A stretch of 64,000 nucleotides of DNA from Candidatus Latescibacterota bacterium (GTDB taxonomy: Bacteria > Latescibacterota > UBA2968 > UBA8231): positions 3,104,001-3,168,000 of the forward strand of contig OZ241867.1 in NCBI GenBank assembly GCA_965203175.1, in the 5' to 3' direction. Positions 18,700 to 28,588 of this stretch are shown one piece after another. Within the stretch, counting starts at the first letter, position 1; every line of letters begins with the position of its first letter. A model generated the notes under the pieces. It saw nothing but the letters and a program-made list of their open reading frames with translations. It did not search any database and was not told the origin of the DNA. Position numbers and translations under genes: made by a program.

Positions 18700-18963
18700 A
18701 TGGTTTCGGGGCAGGTGCGGCTGGCGGACGGGTCGCCGGTGGCGGGCGCGCAGGTGGTGCTGCTTGACGTAGCCGATCTGGGTCGAGGGCCGATGGGTCA
18801 AGCCACCACGGACGAGGAGGGGCAGTTTGCTCTGCCGCTGGCCGCAAGTGGGGCCTTCGGGTTGCCGCAGGGTTTTGCGCTGGGGCCGAACTATCCCAAT
18901 CCATTTGGCAGTGTTCTCAATAACAACAAATCACTGGCATATCTCGCTAAGAGGGGGAGGTGA
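18700..18963 (+). pseudogene. Fragment of an exported protein carrying an NYPNPF (FlgD-Ig/secretion-tail-like) motif
   Basis: VSGQVRLADGSPVAGAQVVL...TTDEEGQFAL...LPQGFALGPNYPNPF, then abrupt switch to unrelated AT-rich sequence. Confidence 0.6.
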
Positions 18964-19173
18964 GTATATATACATACGCCCACTTCACTGACATCATAGA
19001 AACAGATTGCCGTGCCGTCGAGCGAAGAGGAGTGTTACTGGAATAAACAGCGTCGTTGACCCAAGGTAACAGCACAGCGCGTATTGCACCTATAGAACGG
19101 GCGGCGGCCCGGCATGGCCTACCTTTTGCTTGGAGAGGGCGAATGCGTACCTTTACCCAAGGAGAAATTTCTC

Positions 19174-19698
19174 ATGGCCGAACAGCCATCCCATCCGGTC
19201 CCGCCTACGGAATCCACGCTCGCCCTCAGCTTCCTGCGCGAGGATATCCAAGATGTGCGCCATGACGTGCGTCAGACCAACGAGCGCATGGACGCCCTGC
19301 GCACCGAACTGAGCGGGCGCATTGATGCCCTGCGCACTGAGACGAACGGTCGGATTGACGCCCTGCACACCGAGACGAACGAGCGTTTCGATCAGATGAA
19401 CAGTCGTTTTGATCAGATGAACGATCAGATGAACAGTCGTTTTGATCAGATGAACGATCAGACGAACGGTCGGATTGACGTCCTGCACACCGAGACGAAC
19501 GGTCGTTTCGATCAGATGAACGGTCGTTTCGATCAGATGAACGATCAGACGAACGAGCGTTTCGATCAGACGAACGGGCGCATTGACGAGTTAGGCAAAC
19601 AACTCGATTCGCGACACGCGCGGATGATGACCATGCTCATCGCCTGCACCGGCATCCTCGTCACCGCCCTAGGGACGGCCGTGGCAGTGCTCAAGTAA
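19174..19698 (+). CDS. Membrane-anchored repetitive coiled-coil protein (DUF1640/CCDC90-like architecture)
   Basis: Tandem IDALxTETNGR / FDQMNxR / DQMN units, then hydrophobic C-terminal helix MMTMLIACTGILVTALGTAVAVLK. Confidence 0.75.
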   Translation: MAEQPSHPVPPTESTLALSFLREDIQDVRHDVRQTNERMDALRTELSGRIDALRTETNGRIDALHTETNERFDQMNSRFDQMNDQMNSRFDQMNDQTNGRIDVLHTETNGRFDQMNGRFDQMNDQTNERFDQTNGRIDELGKQLDSRHARMMTMLIACTGILVTALGTAVAVLK

Positions 19699-19745
19699 AG
19701 CCTCCGCTGAGGCGTGTTGCTGCGCTTGATTCTAAATCCTTAATT

Positions 19746-20450
19746 CTAAGATCGCACCGCGTAGAGCCTGTTTACTGCCGCTAGAGAAACCAGCTTTGAA
19801 TAGTGATACACCTGCTCGTCGCCTACGCGGGTCGGTGCTTCGAGGACGAAGTCGGCAAAGTGCGGCGCATTGAAGACCACAAAGGCCAGGGATAGGGCAT
19901 CGACGTGGCGGGCGTGGCGCTGGCTCAGGTCTGGGAAGGCCACCGGGCCGGTGTCCACTTGGTAGATATCGTTGGCGCGGTTGGTGTTCATGGTCTTGAC
20001 CGGGTATTCCATGATCGCCTGCAACCCGGTTTCCTCGTTCCGCACTTCGGTCTGTGCTACGATTGGCACTGAGTCGTAGGTCGCCTCGCGCACTGCCGCG
20101 TCGCTGGTCAGTTCCTCCACGTCGCTCCCGACAATCAGATGGTACTGTTGCCCGTCCCAACACTCCTCTGAGCGGCGGATCTCTCGATAGGTGTCGCGTA
20201 GGTTGGCGTGACGCCGATAGATGACTGACCACTCCGGGCCAAAGACGGGCAGAAAGTCGTAGTTGTCCTCGTGCAGGAGATTGTCTTTGGCAAAGGTGTG
20301 CTCGCTCTTGCACGACCCCACCTGCACGTAATCCTCGCTCTGGCCGGAGGCTGCGTCGATGATGCGCGTCCGCGACTCGACCCAAAATCGCACTTCGTTT
20401 TCCGGCTCGTTGCCGATTAAAAACGAGCGTCCGTAATCTAGTGGTGTCAC
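19746..20450 (-). CDS. Hypothetical protein
   Basis: 234-aa ORF with AAAGGAG RBS and genome-typical codon usage; no family recognised. Confidence 0.75.
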   Translation of the reverse strand: MTPLDYGRSFLIGNEPENEVRFWVESRTRIIDAASGQSEDYVQVGSCKSEHTFAKDNLLHEDNYDFLPVFGPEWSVIYRRHANLRDTYREIRRSEECWDGQQYHLIVGSDVEELTSDAAVREATYDSVPIVAQTEVRNEETGLQAIMEYPVKTMNTNRANDIYQVDTGPVAFPDLSQRHARHVDALSLAFVVFNAPHFADFVLEAPTRVGDEQVYHYSKLVSLAAVNRLYAVRS

Positions 20451-20620
20451 AATAGTGTCTCCTTTGGAAGTTGGCTGAAAACGCCCGATGGCAAAAGTAT
20501 CCGCAGATAACGCAGATGAACGCAGAGGCGGGATGAAGGGATGGCCTCTACGGAGGAAGGTTGGGACGCGTGGAAAATAAAGCTACATTAGAGCGACTTC
20601 AAGCAAGAGAAACGACTCCC

Positions 20621-21406
20621 ATGACCTTAAAAATCACCGACGATGTATTCTTAGATCAGGCCGGTCGTCCGCGCCGGATCCGCGGCGTCACTGTCAACAG
20701 CGCCTCGCCCCTGCTCGTCTCGCTGGCGGCGCAGGTTGGTTTTGAAGCGGTGTGGATCGAAAGCGAACACGGCCCGGTCGGCTTTGAGCGGGCTGAGACC
20801 TTGTGTTTGGCTGCGGAGGCCGGCGGCATTTTCCCGCTCATTCGCCTGCCCGATGGCGAGCGCCACCACGTGCTGCGGGCGCTCGAAATCGGGGCGCGGA
20901 TCATTCTCGTCCCCATGGTGGACGATGCGGCCTACGCGCGCCGCATCGTCGAGGTGGGCAAGTACCCGCCGTTGGGCCGGCGCGGCTTCAACGTGCGCAC
21001 GCGCGGCATGGGTTTTGGCATGGAAGACTTGCACGACGTCCTAGCCCGCGCCAATGCGCGTACCCACCTTTTTGTCCAGATCGAGACCGTGGAGGCCGTG
21101 GCGAATGTCGATGAAATACTCGCCGTGGAGGGCCTCTCTGGGATCTTCATGGGGCCAGGGGACCTAGCGGTCGATATGGGCTGCACCGGCCAAATGGGCG
21201 ATCCCCGTCTGCGCGAGGCCGTGCTCTCGTGCATAGACAAAGCAAGGGCCGCCGGCAAGCTGAGCGGCATCTTCACCTTGCCGGGGCCACTGCTTACCGC
21301 GGCGATGGACGCGGGCTGCGACTTGGTAATCTGCGGCGGGGACGTGATGAATCTGGGCGCGGCTTGGAGCGAATTGCTGTGCCAGATCCCGGCCGAGCGC
21401 GGGTGA
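20621..21406 (+). CDS. HpcH/HpaI aldolase family protein
   Basis: WIESEHG, KYPPLGRRG, VQIETVEAV, IFMGPGDL. Confidence 0.9.
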   Translation: MTLKITDDVFLDQAGRPRRIRGVTVNSASPLLVSLAAQVGFEAVWIESEHGPVGFERAETLCLAAEAGGIFPLIRLPDGERHHVLRALEIGARIILVPMVDDAAYARRIVEVGKYPPLGRRGFNVRTRGMGFGMEDLHDVLARANARTHLFVQIETVEAVANVDEILAVEGLSGIFMGPGDLAVDMGCTGQMGDPRLREAVLSCIDKARAAGKLSGIFTLPGPLLTAAMDAGCDLVICGGDVMNLGAAWSELLCQIPAERG

Positions 21407-21414
21407 AGGCGCGG

Positions 21415-22146
21415 TCAATCGGAGCGCACCGGCACGCCCTCCAACAATCCGCTCTGGTGCATGTCGACCCACTCGTCCATAAAGGTTTTGTTCCACTGCG
21501 CGGTCAGCGGGTGATCCATCATGTCGCGGTACACCGTCCACATGGTGACGAGTTCGTCGGCCCCGTCGCGGAAGGCGGCATGAGCGGTCTCTACCGAGCG
21601 GATGAGGGCGGCCATAATGAAGGGACGCTGCCCCCAGCCGCTGAACATCTGCGCGCATTCACGGATCAGCTTGGTCGGGTCGCCGCCCACTTCCTTGACC
21701 GGCTCGCAAAAAGGCAGGATGTGGTTAGCCCCGGCTTGGGCGACGGCTACAGCTTGCGTCAGCGAGAACACCGTGGTGCAGAAGGTCTCGACGCCTTGAT
21801 CCTTGAGGATGCTAAATGCCTTGAGTCCGTTGACGTTGCAGGGGATCTTGAGGATGATCTGTTCCGACATGTTGGTAAAAACTTGTCCGACTTCTAACAG
21901 CTCTTCAACGGAATGGCCGTCGATTTCCATTACCACGGGCTTGTCGGTGAGCTTGAGGTATTGCTCTATCAGGCTGATGACCGAGCCGTATTGTTTGGCG
22001 TACTGGTTGAGCACCACCGTATTGGTGACGATTCCGGCGATTCCGAGGGGCATCCACTCCTTTAGCTCATCGGGCGAGCCAGCCAGCCAGATGGTTGGGC
22101 CGCGGCCTTGGGCGCGGGCGGTGGGAACGGGTCCATTTGCTGCCAT
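21415..22146 (-). CDS. Transaldolase/fructose-6-phosphate aldolase family protein, divergent
   Basis: IILKIPCN..GLKA (Schiff-base Lys), TTVFSLTQA, AALIRS, HPLT. Confidence 0.8.
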   Translation of the reverse strand: MAANGPVPTARAQGRGPTIWLAGSPDELKEWMPLGIAGIVTNTVVLNQYAKQYGSVISLIEQYLKLTDKPVVMEIDGHSVEELLEVGQVFTNMSEQIILKIPCNVNGLKAFSILKDQGVETFCTTVFSLTQAVAVAQAGANHILPFCEPVKEVGGDPTKLIRECAQMFSGWGQRPFIMAALIRSVETAHAAFRDGADELVTMWTVYRDMMDHPLTAQWNKTFMDEWVDMHQSGLLEGVPVRSD

Positions 22147-22242
22147 AATAGGTCTCCTGTGGTTTTACAATGGGCATTGACAGATGGGCGAATATAGAAA
22201 AATCGCGAGGCAAAAGCGAGTAGGTAAACGAGAGGATAACCT

Positions 22243-23421
22243 GTGAAATTCGACTACTTTTACGGCGGGCACGTCGCCATGGACGATTTGGGATTTGCCG
22301 GTCGGCCGGTGGACGAGCGGATCGAGGCGGACGAGCACCTCGCCTCGGTCTTTGCCGAAGCCCGCGCCATGGCGCAGTTGATGGACGCGGCCGGCTACGA
22401 CACCCTGTGGTTGGCCGAGCACCACTTCCAGCGCGAAGGCTACGGCGGTATCCCCAATATCCCGATGCTGGCCGTCTATCTGGCCCAGCACACGCAACGG
22501 CTTCACTTGGGCAGTATGTTCAACACTGTGCCGACGTGGCATCCGCTGCGGCTGGCTGAGGACTTTGCCCTCGCAGATATCCTCACCGAGGGCCGCTTCC
22601 GCTTTGGTATTGGCCGTGGCTACATCGGTCGCGAGTTGGCCACGTTGGGCGCGCCGCTCGAAGGTGATCCGGCCAACCGCGCCCTCTTTGAGGAGCAAGT
22701 CGAGATCCTCTTCAAGGCGTGGAACGAGCCGTCGTTTGCCCATTGCGGCCCGCACTACGAGCTGCCGGCTAAGGTCGCACATCGCCGAGATACGCTCGAA
22801 GAAATTACCCTAGTGCCGCGGCCGCGCAACCGGCCGGTCGAGTGCTGGCAGCCCATCTTCAGCGCCAATCCGCGCGGCATTGCGTTTATGATTAAGCACG
22901 GGATCAAGGGCGTGGTGCCCGGTGGTGGGAGGGCCGTGGAAATCGCCGAGCGCTGGCGCGACGAGTTGGCCCGTGCGGGCCGCGACGCCGAGATGTCCGT
23001 CGCCAGCATTGGCGACGCATTGGGCACAGGATTGGCCTTGGTGCTACAAGTCCACTTGGCCGACACCCAAGAGCAGGCGATCCGCGAGGCTGGGGTTTGG
23101 TTTGAGGAACAGCTCAAGGTACTGGCCCCCTTGGGCCGGATGCCGACGCTGACTGAGGCGCAAATCGCGGCTACGTACGACGGGGCGGCAGCAGTGCAGG
23201 CCGGCCTGCCGACGGTACGCGATTTGGTGCGCGAGGGCGCTTGGCTCTGCGGGCCGCCCGAATACGTGGCCGCCCGGCTCGCCGAAATCCAAGTGCAATT
23301 GCCCGGCTTGGAGCGCGTGACGATTGGCGCTGGGGCGCTGGGCATCCCACCGGAGGCGATCCGGCAAACCATTGAGTGGTTTGGCCGCGACGTGTTGCCA
23401 CAATTTGAGGAGGCATCGTGA
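22243..23421 (+). CDS. LLM-class flavin-dependent oxidoreductase
   Basis: GYDTLWLAEHHF, WHPLRLAEDFALADILTEGRFRFGIGRGY. Confidence 0.92.
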   Translation: MKFDYFYGGHVAMDDLGFAGRPVDERIEADEHLASVFAEARAMAQLMDAAGYDTLWLAEHHFQREGYGGIPNIPMLAVYLAQHTQRLHLGSMFNTVPTWHPLRLAEDFALADILTEGRFRFGIGRGYIGRELATLGAPLEGDPANRALFEEQVEILFKAWNEPSFAHCGPHYELPAKVAHRRDTLEEITLVPRPRNRPVECWQPIFSANPRGIAFMIKHGIKGVVPGGGRAVEIAERWRDELARAGRDAEMSVASIGDALGTGLALVLQVHLADTQEQAIREAGVWFEEQLKVLAPLGRMPTLTEAQIAATYDGAAAVQAGLPTVRDLVREGAWLCGPPEYVAARLAEIQVQLPGLERVTIGAGALGIPPEAIRQTIEWFGRDVLPQFEEAS

Positions 23422-24587
23422 AAACCAATCAGACCAAGGCCGCCCTGCTCGGGGGAGTGACCGTAGAGATAGTCGAAATCAACCGGATCTTCGACCCGGT
23501 CGTAGTCGAGCTCGCGGCCCAAGCGGGCTTTGGCTGCGTCTGGATCGACATGGAGCATTCCCATCTCGGTCTAGACAAGCTGTCGCAGCTGATTTTGGCG
23601 GCGCGGGCCACAGGAGTCGATACAGTGGTCCGCATTCCCAAAGGGCCGTACAACCAAGTAATTAAGCCGCTGGAGTTGGGGGCCGGGGGATTGGTTTGGC
23701 CCCACTGCAAGAGCGCGGACGAAGCGCGGGCCTTCGTGCAGATGGCCAAGTTTCGGCCGCTGGGCTTGCGCGGCTTGGGTTGTGGCCGGGATTCGGACTA
23801 CGGTACGCTGGACTCCACTGAGTACATGGGCAAGGCCGATGCCGAGACTATACTGGGCGTGATGATCGAAGACGCCGAGGGCGTGGAAGAAGTGGAAGCG
23901 ATTGCCGCAATCGAAGGGATCGACTTGCTCTTTGTGGGACCGAGCGACTTAGCGCACAGCTACGGCGTCGAGCGCGAAGGAGTCCCCCACATAGACCACG
24001 AGCGCGTGCTGGCGGCCTTTGATCGCGTGGGGGCAGCTTGCGCGGCCAACGGCAAGGCCATGGGTACGGCCGTCGGCCCGGGCGAGTCCATGCGCCGCGT
24101 GGTCGCCAAAGGCACGCGCTGGCTCAATTGCTGCCACGACATGTCAGCCCTCACCAGCGGCTTGCGCAGCGCGCGGCAAGCGACCATTGGGGCGAAGCAA
24201 CGCACGATCACCCAGCAGTTGTTGGAATTGTATCACAGGGGAGAGTTGGATCTGGGCGACGTATCCGGCACAGCCAAGCGGCACGACTTTAGCCGGAGCA
24301 TGGTCAATCACTTGGCAAGCTTTGCTCAGCACAAGGCAAAGTGCGTCGAAGCCTTGCCCGAGATGGCTCCGTTAGTCGAGCGCATAGAGCAAGCCCTCGT
24401 GGATGGACGGCGGGGCTTGGCGTTGACCGATGCCTATTACGTCTGCTTGGCGGTGCAAAATCTGCCCAAAGAGCGTTGGCTAGAAGCGCTGCAAGCGACG
24501 TTTGACCGTTGGGAGCACGCCGACCAAGGTTCTTTTAAGGCGTTCTTTGACGAGGTTAAAGAACGTCTGCAGGCCGAGCAGGGCTAG
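23418..24587 (+). CDS. HpcH/HpaI aldolase with ~130-aa unrelated C-terminal extension
   Basis: WIDMEHS, KFRPLGLRG, MIEDAEG, FVGPSDL; extra helical tail after ~aa 255. Confidence 0.85.
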   Translation: MKTNQTKAALLGGVTVEIVEINRIFDPVVVELAAQAGFGCVWIDMEHSHLGLDKLSQLILAARATGVDTVVRIPKGPYNQVIKPLELGAGGLVWPHCKSADEARAFVQMAKFRPLGLRGLGCGRDSDYGTLDSTEYMGKADAETILGVMIEDAEGVEEVEAIAAIEGIDLLFVGPSDLAHSYGVEREGVPHIDHERVLAAFDRVGAACAANGKAMGTAVGPGESMRRVVAKGTRWLNCCHDMSALTSGLRSARQATIGAKQRTITQQLLELYHRGELDLGDVSGTAKRHDFSRSMVNHLASFAQHKAKCVEALPEMAPLVERIEQALVDGRRGLALTDAYYVCLAVQNLPKERWLEALQATFDRWEHADQGSFKAFFDEVKERLQAEQG

Positions 24588-24600
24588 CACCGGCCCTAAG

Positions 24601-25371
24601 TCAGATCGCGACTCCGCCGCAGACGGAAATGCACTGGCCGGTCACGTAATCCGAGAGGTCGGTCGCCAAGAATTCTACTACCTTGGCGCAGTCTTCTGGC
24701 TTGCCAAACCGACCGAGCGGAATGTGGTCGGCTGCGCCCTCTCCCGCGCCCATGCCCTCGGCGATTTTGCGCGAACTGAGGATGTAGCCGGGTGCAATGC
24801 AGTTGACGTTAACTCCATAAGGCCCTAACTCCTTGGCCAAGACCTTGGTGTAGTGAGCGACTCCGGCCTTGGCGATGCTGTACGGCGGACCCCCTTCAGT
24901 TCCCCGCAACCCAGCTAACGAAGAGATGTTGATGATTTTGCCGCTGCGCTGGCGCTGCATAGGCTCTTTCGCCGCCAAGCAGCAGTGGACTGCGCTCATC
25001 AGGTTGATTTCCATGATGAAGCGGAAGTACTCTTCTTCCGAGGGTTCGCCCGGTGGGCGCAAGCCGCCGCCGGCGTTGTTGACCAGAATGTCGAGGCGGC
25101 CCCATTCGCTCGCGATGCGGTTGACGACCTCGGCGGCAGCGGCCTTTTGCGACACATCGGCCTCTATGCCGAGGGAGCGGCAGCCGAGGTTGCGGATTTC
25201 GTCGACGACTGTGTCCGCGTTTAGCTTTTCGTCGTATTGCTTGGCCGAAGCTAGGTTGACGTCGTTGACCACCACATCGGCTCCGAGTTGAGCTAGGCGC
25301 AAGGCGTACGACCGCCCTAGGCCGCGGCCAGCTCCGGTCACCAGCGCGACCTTGTCGGTGAGCTTTTTCAT
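24601..25371 (-). CDS. SDR family oxidoreductase
   Basis: TGAGRGLG, NNAG, YSIAK, NCIAPG. Confidence 0.93.
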   Translation of the reverse strand: MKKLTDKVALVTGAGRGLGRSYALRLAQLGADVVVNDVNLASAKQYDEKLNADTVVDEIRNLGCRSLGIEADVSQKAAAAEVVNRIASEWGRLDILVNNAGGGLRPPGEPSEEEYFRFIMEINLMSAVHCCLAAKEPMQRQRSGKIINISSLAGLRGTEGGPPYSIAKAGVAHYTKVLAKELGPYGVNVNCIAPGYILSSRKIAEGMGAGEGAADHIPLGRFGKPEDCAKVVEFLATDLSDYVTGQCISVCGGVAI

Positions 25372-25383
25372 CTTGACCCCCTG

Positions 25384-26616
25384 TTAGTCGATGCCCAGTG
25401 CCGCGTCGATTTCGGCTTGGTACTCATAGACGGCTCCGCTTTCTACCTCGCTGAGCTGCACCGTCCGACCCAACCGGCTCGACTCGAAAATCGCGTACAC
25501 CGCGGCCACGTCTTTTAGCCCCTCCATCCCGTCCACCTCGATTTCCCGCCCGTTGAGAATGGCCTCGGCCAGTTCAAAGTACTCTAGTGCCAACAGTTTC
25601 CAGTCGATGTCTTGGTCGGCGACCCGCTCGGGAAAAAAGTGCTCGGCTAGTGGCTCTAAGGCGAACGCTTCTGCATCAGCCACGAGCGCGGCGTGGTCGA
25701 GCGTTGTGCCGTCGGCTCGTTGTAGGCACGCCCTAGCGCCGCGCGTACCAAATCCCTGCATCACGCCCTCAGACCCGAAGATGACCTCGCCGCCGCAAGA
25801 GCCGTATCCCCCTAGGCCCACCACCCAGTTGACCGCGATGCCGCTCTCCATCCGAAACATTGCCATAGAGGTGTCTTCGGCCGTGGCGTGGACTTGCTGC
25901 TCCATCTCGGTGAAGCGGGTTCGGTAAAACTCATAGGGCGAGTTGATGTCCTGGGCCTTGTGGCGCACGGGCGAGGCTAACTCGACGTCCCCGTAGGCTT
26001 CCTTGATGTCCCCGAGTTGGTAGCGAATCATGTCGGTGAAATGGACGCCTAGATCCAGAAGCAGTCCGCCTCGATCCTTCATGTGCCGCCAAGGCGTGAT
26101 GAACACTTCGCGATGCGGGGCCAGCGAGTGGAAGATCGCCATGTAGGGGCGGCCAATGGCCCCTTGCTCCAGCAGGTGATGCACCAGCCGCGCCGAGGGA
26201 TCGCGGCGAAAATTTTCCGCCACCGACAGGATGCGCTGGTTGCGCTCGGCGGCTTCGATCATCTGCTGGCAGCCCTTGACGGTAATGGCCATGGGTTTTT
26301 CCACCATTACGTGCAACCCCAGATCGAGTGCTTGGCAGACCACGGCGTGATGCACCGACGGGTCCACCACGACATCCACGGCCATTAGGTCGGGGACTTC
26401 GCGGTGCATGGTTTCGAGATCGGTGAACACCGCGGGTCGCTGGCCCACGAGCTTTTCGGCTTCTGTGGCCGCCAGCTCGGCGTTGTCGCGCCGGATGTCG
26501 CATACGGCGACTAGCTCTACATTGTCAAACGGGGTTTTGGCGAGGGCTCCCAAGCCGTATAGGTGCCGCGTTCCCATGCCCCCGCAGCCGACTAATGCCA
26601 GTCTTATTTTGTCCAA
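25384..26616 (-). CDS. Gfo/Idh/MocA oxidoreductase
   Basis: TTG start after AGGAGG; KIRLALVGCGGMG, VEKPMA, DLGVHFTD. Confidence 0.9.
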   Translation of the reverse strand: MDKIRLALVGCGGMGTRHLYGLGALAKTPFDNVELVAVCDIRRDNAELAATEAEKLVGQRPAVFTDLETMHREVPDLMAVDVVVDPSVHHAVVCQALDLGLHVMVEKPMAITVKGCQQMIEAAERNQRILSVAENFRRDPSARLVHHLLEQGAIGRPYMAIFHSLAPHREVFITPWRHMKDRGGLLLDLGVHFTDMIRYQLGDIKEAYGDVELASPVRHKAQDINSPYEFYRTRFTEMEQQVHATAEDTSMAMFRMESGIAVNWVVGLGGYGSCGGEVIFGSEGVMQGFGTRGARACLQRADGTTLDHAALVADAEAFALEPLAEHFFPERVADQDIDWKLLALEYFELAEAILNGREIEVDGMEGLKDVAAVYAIFESSRLGRTVQLSEVESGAVYEYQAEIDAALGID

Positions 26617-26692
26617 AGCCGCCTCCTTTTTTAAGTGGACGAACAAATAAATGTTGCGGCCAGCGACGAGCAACCCGATTGTTCACCACTCC

Positions 26693-28588
26693 TCAGAGGA
26701 ACAGACCGTTGCCGACCATGCCCGTGAAAGAGTCGATGATCCAGAAGATCCCGAAGATCGCAAAGTGCCCGAGGATCATCCCCAAGAAGAACGGCCGCAC
26801 TTGGCGGTAGAGGTGGACGCCGCCGTAGTGCAAGATCGGCCCCTTGATGAGCCAGGCCAAAAAGGCGTTGAAAGCCATCCAGTGAAAGGTCGAGCTGATG
26901 GGGAAGCCAATCGGATGCAGGGGCCACCAGACCCAGTAGCGGCGCGCCAGCATCAACAGGCCCATCACTCCGCCGCCAATGCCGGTGTGGAACCACCCCA
27001 GCCAGTTGGGCGGCGAGGGGCTGCTCATCCGCGCTGCCGTGTAATCGTACACGTAGTTGGGTAGCCAGATAAAATTGGGCGGCCGCAAGTTGATCGCCCC
27101 ATACGTGTAGGCGAGGTGCATCAGCATCCACAGCGCGCCGCCAAGGCCCGCCAACAGAGCCAGCAGCATGCCCCAGAACAGGTAGCGCCGCCGGCCCTCG
27201 ATTTGCCCGCTCAGTTTCAGGCTGTTGGCCACGTGGGGCATGGAGAAATTGAGCAGATCGTTGGCAAAGATCCGCGTGAAGGCTAGCCCGACTAGGCCGA
27301 CTCCAAAGAAAGAGGTGCCAATGGCCGAGACGGCTGCGTCTGGAGCCACCAGCGGGGCGTAAATGACTGCCACACCGCCCTCGGCCACCACTCGTGTGAT
27401 AGCCACGTACACCACGAACATGAAAAACAAGAGGGTAGCAATGCCCACCAGCGGGATGCCGAGGGCCGACAGCCAGCCGGCTAGGACGCCCACGCTGCCG
27501 ATGAGGCCCAAGACCGCGCTCCGATACGAGAGGATCTCGTCGCTGTCGTCAACGTCCGGGGCGCCGCGCAGGGCCTTGCGGAAGACATTGCCGATGTGCT
27601 CGCGCCCGACCCACAATCCGCCCAACACGAGGACGATCATCGCGCCCATGCCTTGGTGGACCAAGCTGGGCAGGCCGTAGCTCCACACGCTGACGGCTGG
27701 TTCCTGTTCGATGCCCCAGCCGATGGCGCGGTAGATGGTCCCTTGGAGGTTGTTGAGCAAGGTGAACAGCCACAGGCCAAAGGTCACCTCGCGCTGGATC
27801 AAAAAGAAGAAGCCCAAGGTGGCGAAGCTCAGGCGGGAGCTGAAGAGCGGAAAGGGGATGCTCAGGTCAATCGTCGGCAGGAACGGGAAATAGGCGTGCA
27901 GGCCGATGACCGTCCCAGTGAGCACGGGCACGGAAAAGCCGATCCACATGACTCCGTTGCGGAAGAAGGGCTTGATGAGCGAGCCGCGCTCGTCGTCCTG
28001 CACCATGGCGAGGGGGAGCTGCATCACGGGATAGACGAGCCGCTCGTTTTCGACCCAGTGCCGGCGCACGATGACCATCAGGCACAAGGTGGCCACTTGC
28101 AGCGCGATGACCAGCGGCAACCAGCTCAACAGTGGCGTGAGCCACACCTGCCAGGGAATCGCGCCCGTCTGCCCTTCGTTGCCCTCAAAGAAAGCGCGGA
28201 TGGCCTCTAGGTCGTGGGGCACCAGCCAAGTGGGGATATAGGGCAGGATTAGTTCGCCCCAGTTGTTTTCAGGGCTGGCGTAGTAAAACGGACTCGACAC
28301 CAGCGGCACCCAGTAGCTGAGCAGCCTGGGGACCGCGTTGGCCAAGCTGGTCATAATGAAAATGACGACCAGTTCGCCTCGCTGGAGGATCCAAGACCGG
28401 CGGATGGAGCCGAGGCCGGCGTTGACGACCAAAAGGAGCAGGAAGAGGATGAGGTGGGCGATCTGGCTGGTGTAGTACGCCGCGGCATTCGAGCCTTGCA
28501 CGTAGAGGCTGAGGAAGGGAACCGCCGCGCCGACGCCAAAGGCCAGCAGCAAGCCGATGACGAGGGAGCGGAGGGTCACTTGGCCCAC
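26693..28588 (-). CDS. Polytopic membrane protein, DUF6785/DUF6784-like (putative transporter)
   Basis: Many TM helices; RRHWVENERLVYP, RVVAEGG, WWPLHPIG motifs shared with 57009-58952. Confidence 0.75.
   Translation of the reverse strand: MGQVTLRSLVIGLLLAFGVGAAVPFLSLYVQGSNAAAYYTSQIAHLILFLLLLVVNAGLGSIRRSWILQRGELVVIFIMTSLANAVPRLLSYWVPLVSSPFYYASPENNWGELILPYIPTWLVPHDLEAIRAFFEGNEGQTGAIPWQVWLTPLLSWLPLVIALQVATLCLMVIVRRHWVENERLVYPVMQLPLAMVQDDERGSLIKPFFRNGVMWIGFSVPVLTGTVIGLHAYFPFLPTIDLSIPFPLFSSRLSFATLGFFFLIQREVTFGLWLFTLLNNLQGTIYRAIGWGIEQEPAVSVWSYGLPSLVHQGMGAMIVLVLGGLWVGREHIGNVFRKALRGAPDVDDSDEILSYRSAVLGLIGSVGVLAGWLSALGIPLVGIATLLFFMFVVYVAITRVVAEGGVAVIYAPLVAPDAAVSAIGTSFFGVGLVGLAFTRIFANDLLNFSMPHVANSLKLSGQIEGRRRYLFWGMLLALLAGLGGALWMLMHLAYTYGAINLRPPNFIWLPNYVYDYTAARMSSPSPPNWLGWFHTGIGGGVMGLLMLARRYWVWWPLHPIGFPISSTFHWMAFNAFLAWLIKGPILHYGGVHLYRQVRPFFLGMILGHFAIFGIFWIIDSFTGMVGNGLFL

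Noticed and set aside
19290-19590. CRISPR or non-coding repeat array
   Set aside because: All units are multiples of 3 in an open frame with no unique spacers.
20502-20526. CGCAGAT-type short repeats (also AAGGTGCCT x2 at 16468-16485)
   Set aside because: Too short and low-copy here to support a call, although they may be remnants of dispersed mini-repeats.
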